Below are positions 63,254 through 64,000 of a stretch of DNA of 64,000 nucleotides, piece by piece. The notes beneath the pieces were generated by a model. It ran no database searches. It was not told the origin of the DNA and was given only the letters and a program-made list of their open reading frames with translations. The stretch comes from Octopus vulgaris (taxonomy: Eukaryota). The DNA is taken from NCBI GenBank assembly GCA_951406725.2, contig OX597823.1, positions 37,262,001 to 37,326,000 of the forward strand, given 5' to 3'. Both the position numbers and the translations under genes were made by a program. Each line of letters opens with the position of its first letter. Position 1 is the first letter of the stretch.

Positions 63254-64000
63254 TTATTGTTGTTGTTATTATCATTATATGTTTGACTTTTGCTTTGTAC
63301 TTGTACAAGTTGATTCAAGAGACAAGTTAGAAGTTCGAGTTGGTGTTATGCCTTGTGTATCATATATTTGGTTTTACACAAAGTATTGTTCTAGAGAATG
63401 TTTAAGAAAACAAGAAATTACGAGTTTGTTTTAAAAGTTGAGATTACATAGTACGTTATGTAGTATATGGGCAGTTCCCATGAGCACTATCTTATGAAAG
63501 TCTGCCATTTTGGGGGTTCCTCGTATCTGAGCTAGGGAGGAATCAGCACCTTTTGCTATCATTCCTATGGCACCTATGACAACAGATATTTCTTTAGTTT
63601 TGAGGTTCCACATTTTGACAATGTCTATTTCAAGATCTTTATACTTGCTCAAATATTGGTAGGTCGTGACAGATACATTTATGCCGATTGGTTCAGTCAT
63701 ATAAATGAGGAGGCATGATTTTTGTCTGAAGACCTTCAATATAATGTCTGGCCTATTTACATCTACCTTTCTCTCAGTTTGAACGGTGAAGGTCCAGAGG
63801 AGTGAGATGTGATCATTTTCAAGCATTGGAGGTGGTTTATGTTCCCATCAGTTTTTATCATGGGACAATTCCAAGATTTTGCAAATTATCCAATGAATAT
63901 ATTGTGCTGCTTGTTGAGACTGCACATGGAGACAACATGATCAATGGCTTCCTTTTGTTGTTTACATTCACATGTTGGGCTACTGCTGTTCTTTAATATG
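63172..64000 (-). mobile_element. R4/Dong-like retrotransposon 3' end (RLE domain, 3' UTR, (CAA/TAA)n tail)
   Basis: LLWTFTVQTERKVDVNRPDII...KYKDLEIDIVKMW...VVIGAIG...LMGTAHILHNVL; upstream IDHVVSMC..QHNIFI; runs off the window end. Confidence 0.9.

Overview
AT-rich animal genomic DNA, very probably intronic or intergenic octopus (cephalopod) sequence, judged from its tRNA-derived SINE families and extreme (TA)n/(CA)n/(TAA)n load. The taxon is recognised from memory, not by search. I find no intact protein-coding gene: the long ORFs are microsatellite read-throughs or decayed transposon remnants. These remnants include CR1-group, RTE, Tx1/L1 and R4/Dong-like LINEs, Tc1/mariner, MULE, Helitron and probable Penelope-like elements. 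There is also a 5S rRNA pseudogene and a probable solo LTR. The most interesting signal is non-coding: about ten minimal type I hammerhead-ribozyme-like motifs (stem I - CUGANGA - stem II - GAAA - short, often palindromic stem III - NUH - stem I) from several unrelated sequence families. Most lie in short inserts inside or against (TA)n tracts. They co-occur with asymmetric fold-back inserts and a nested inverted-repeat complex at 4.3-6.2 kb. This fits a diverse set of Penelope-like pseudo-LTR or retrozyme-like elements associated with (TA)n microsatellites. All alignments and folds were made by eye, and coordinates of decayed elements are approximate.
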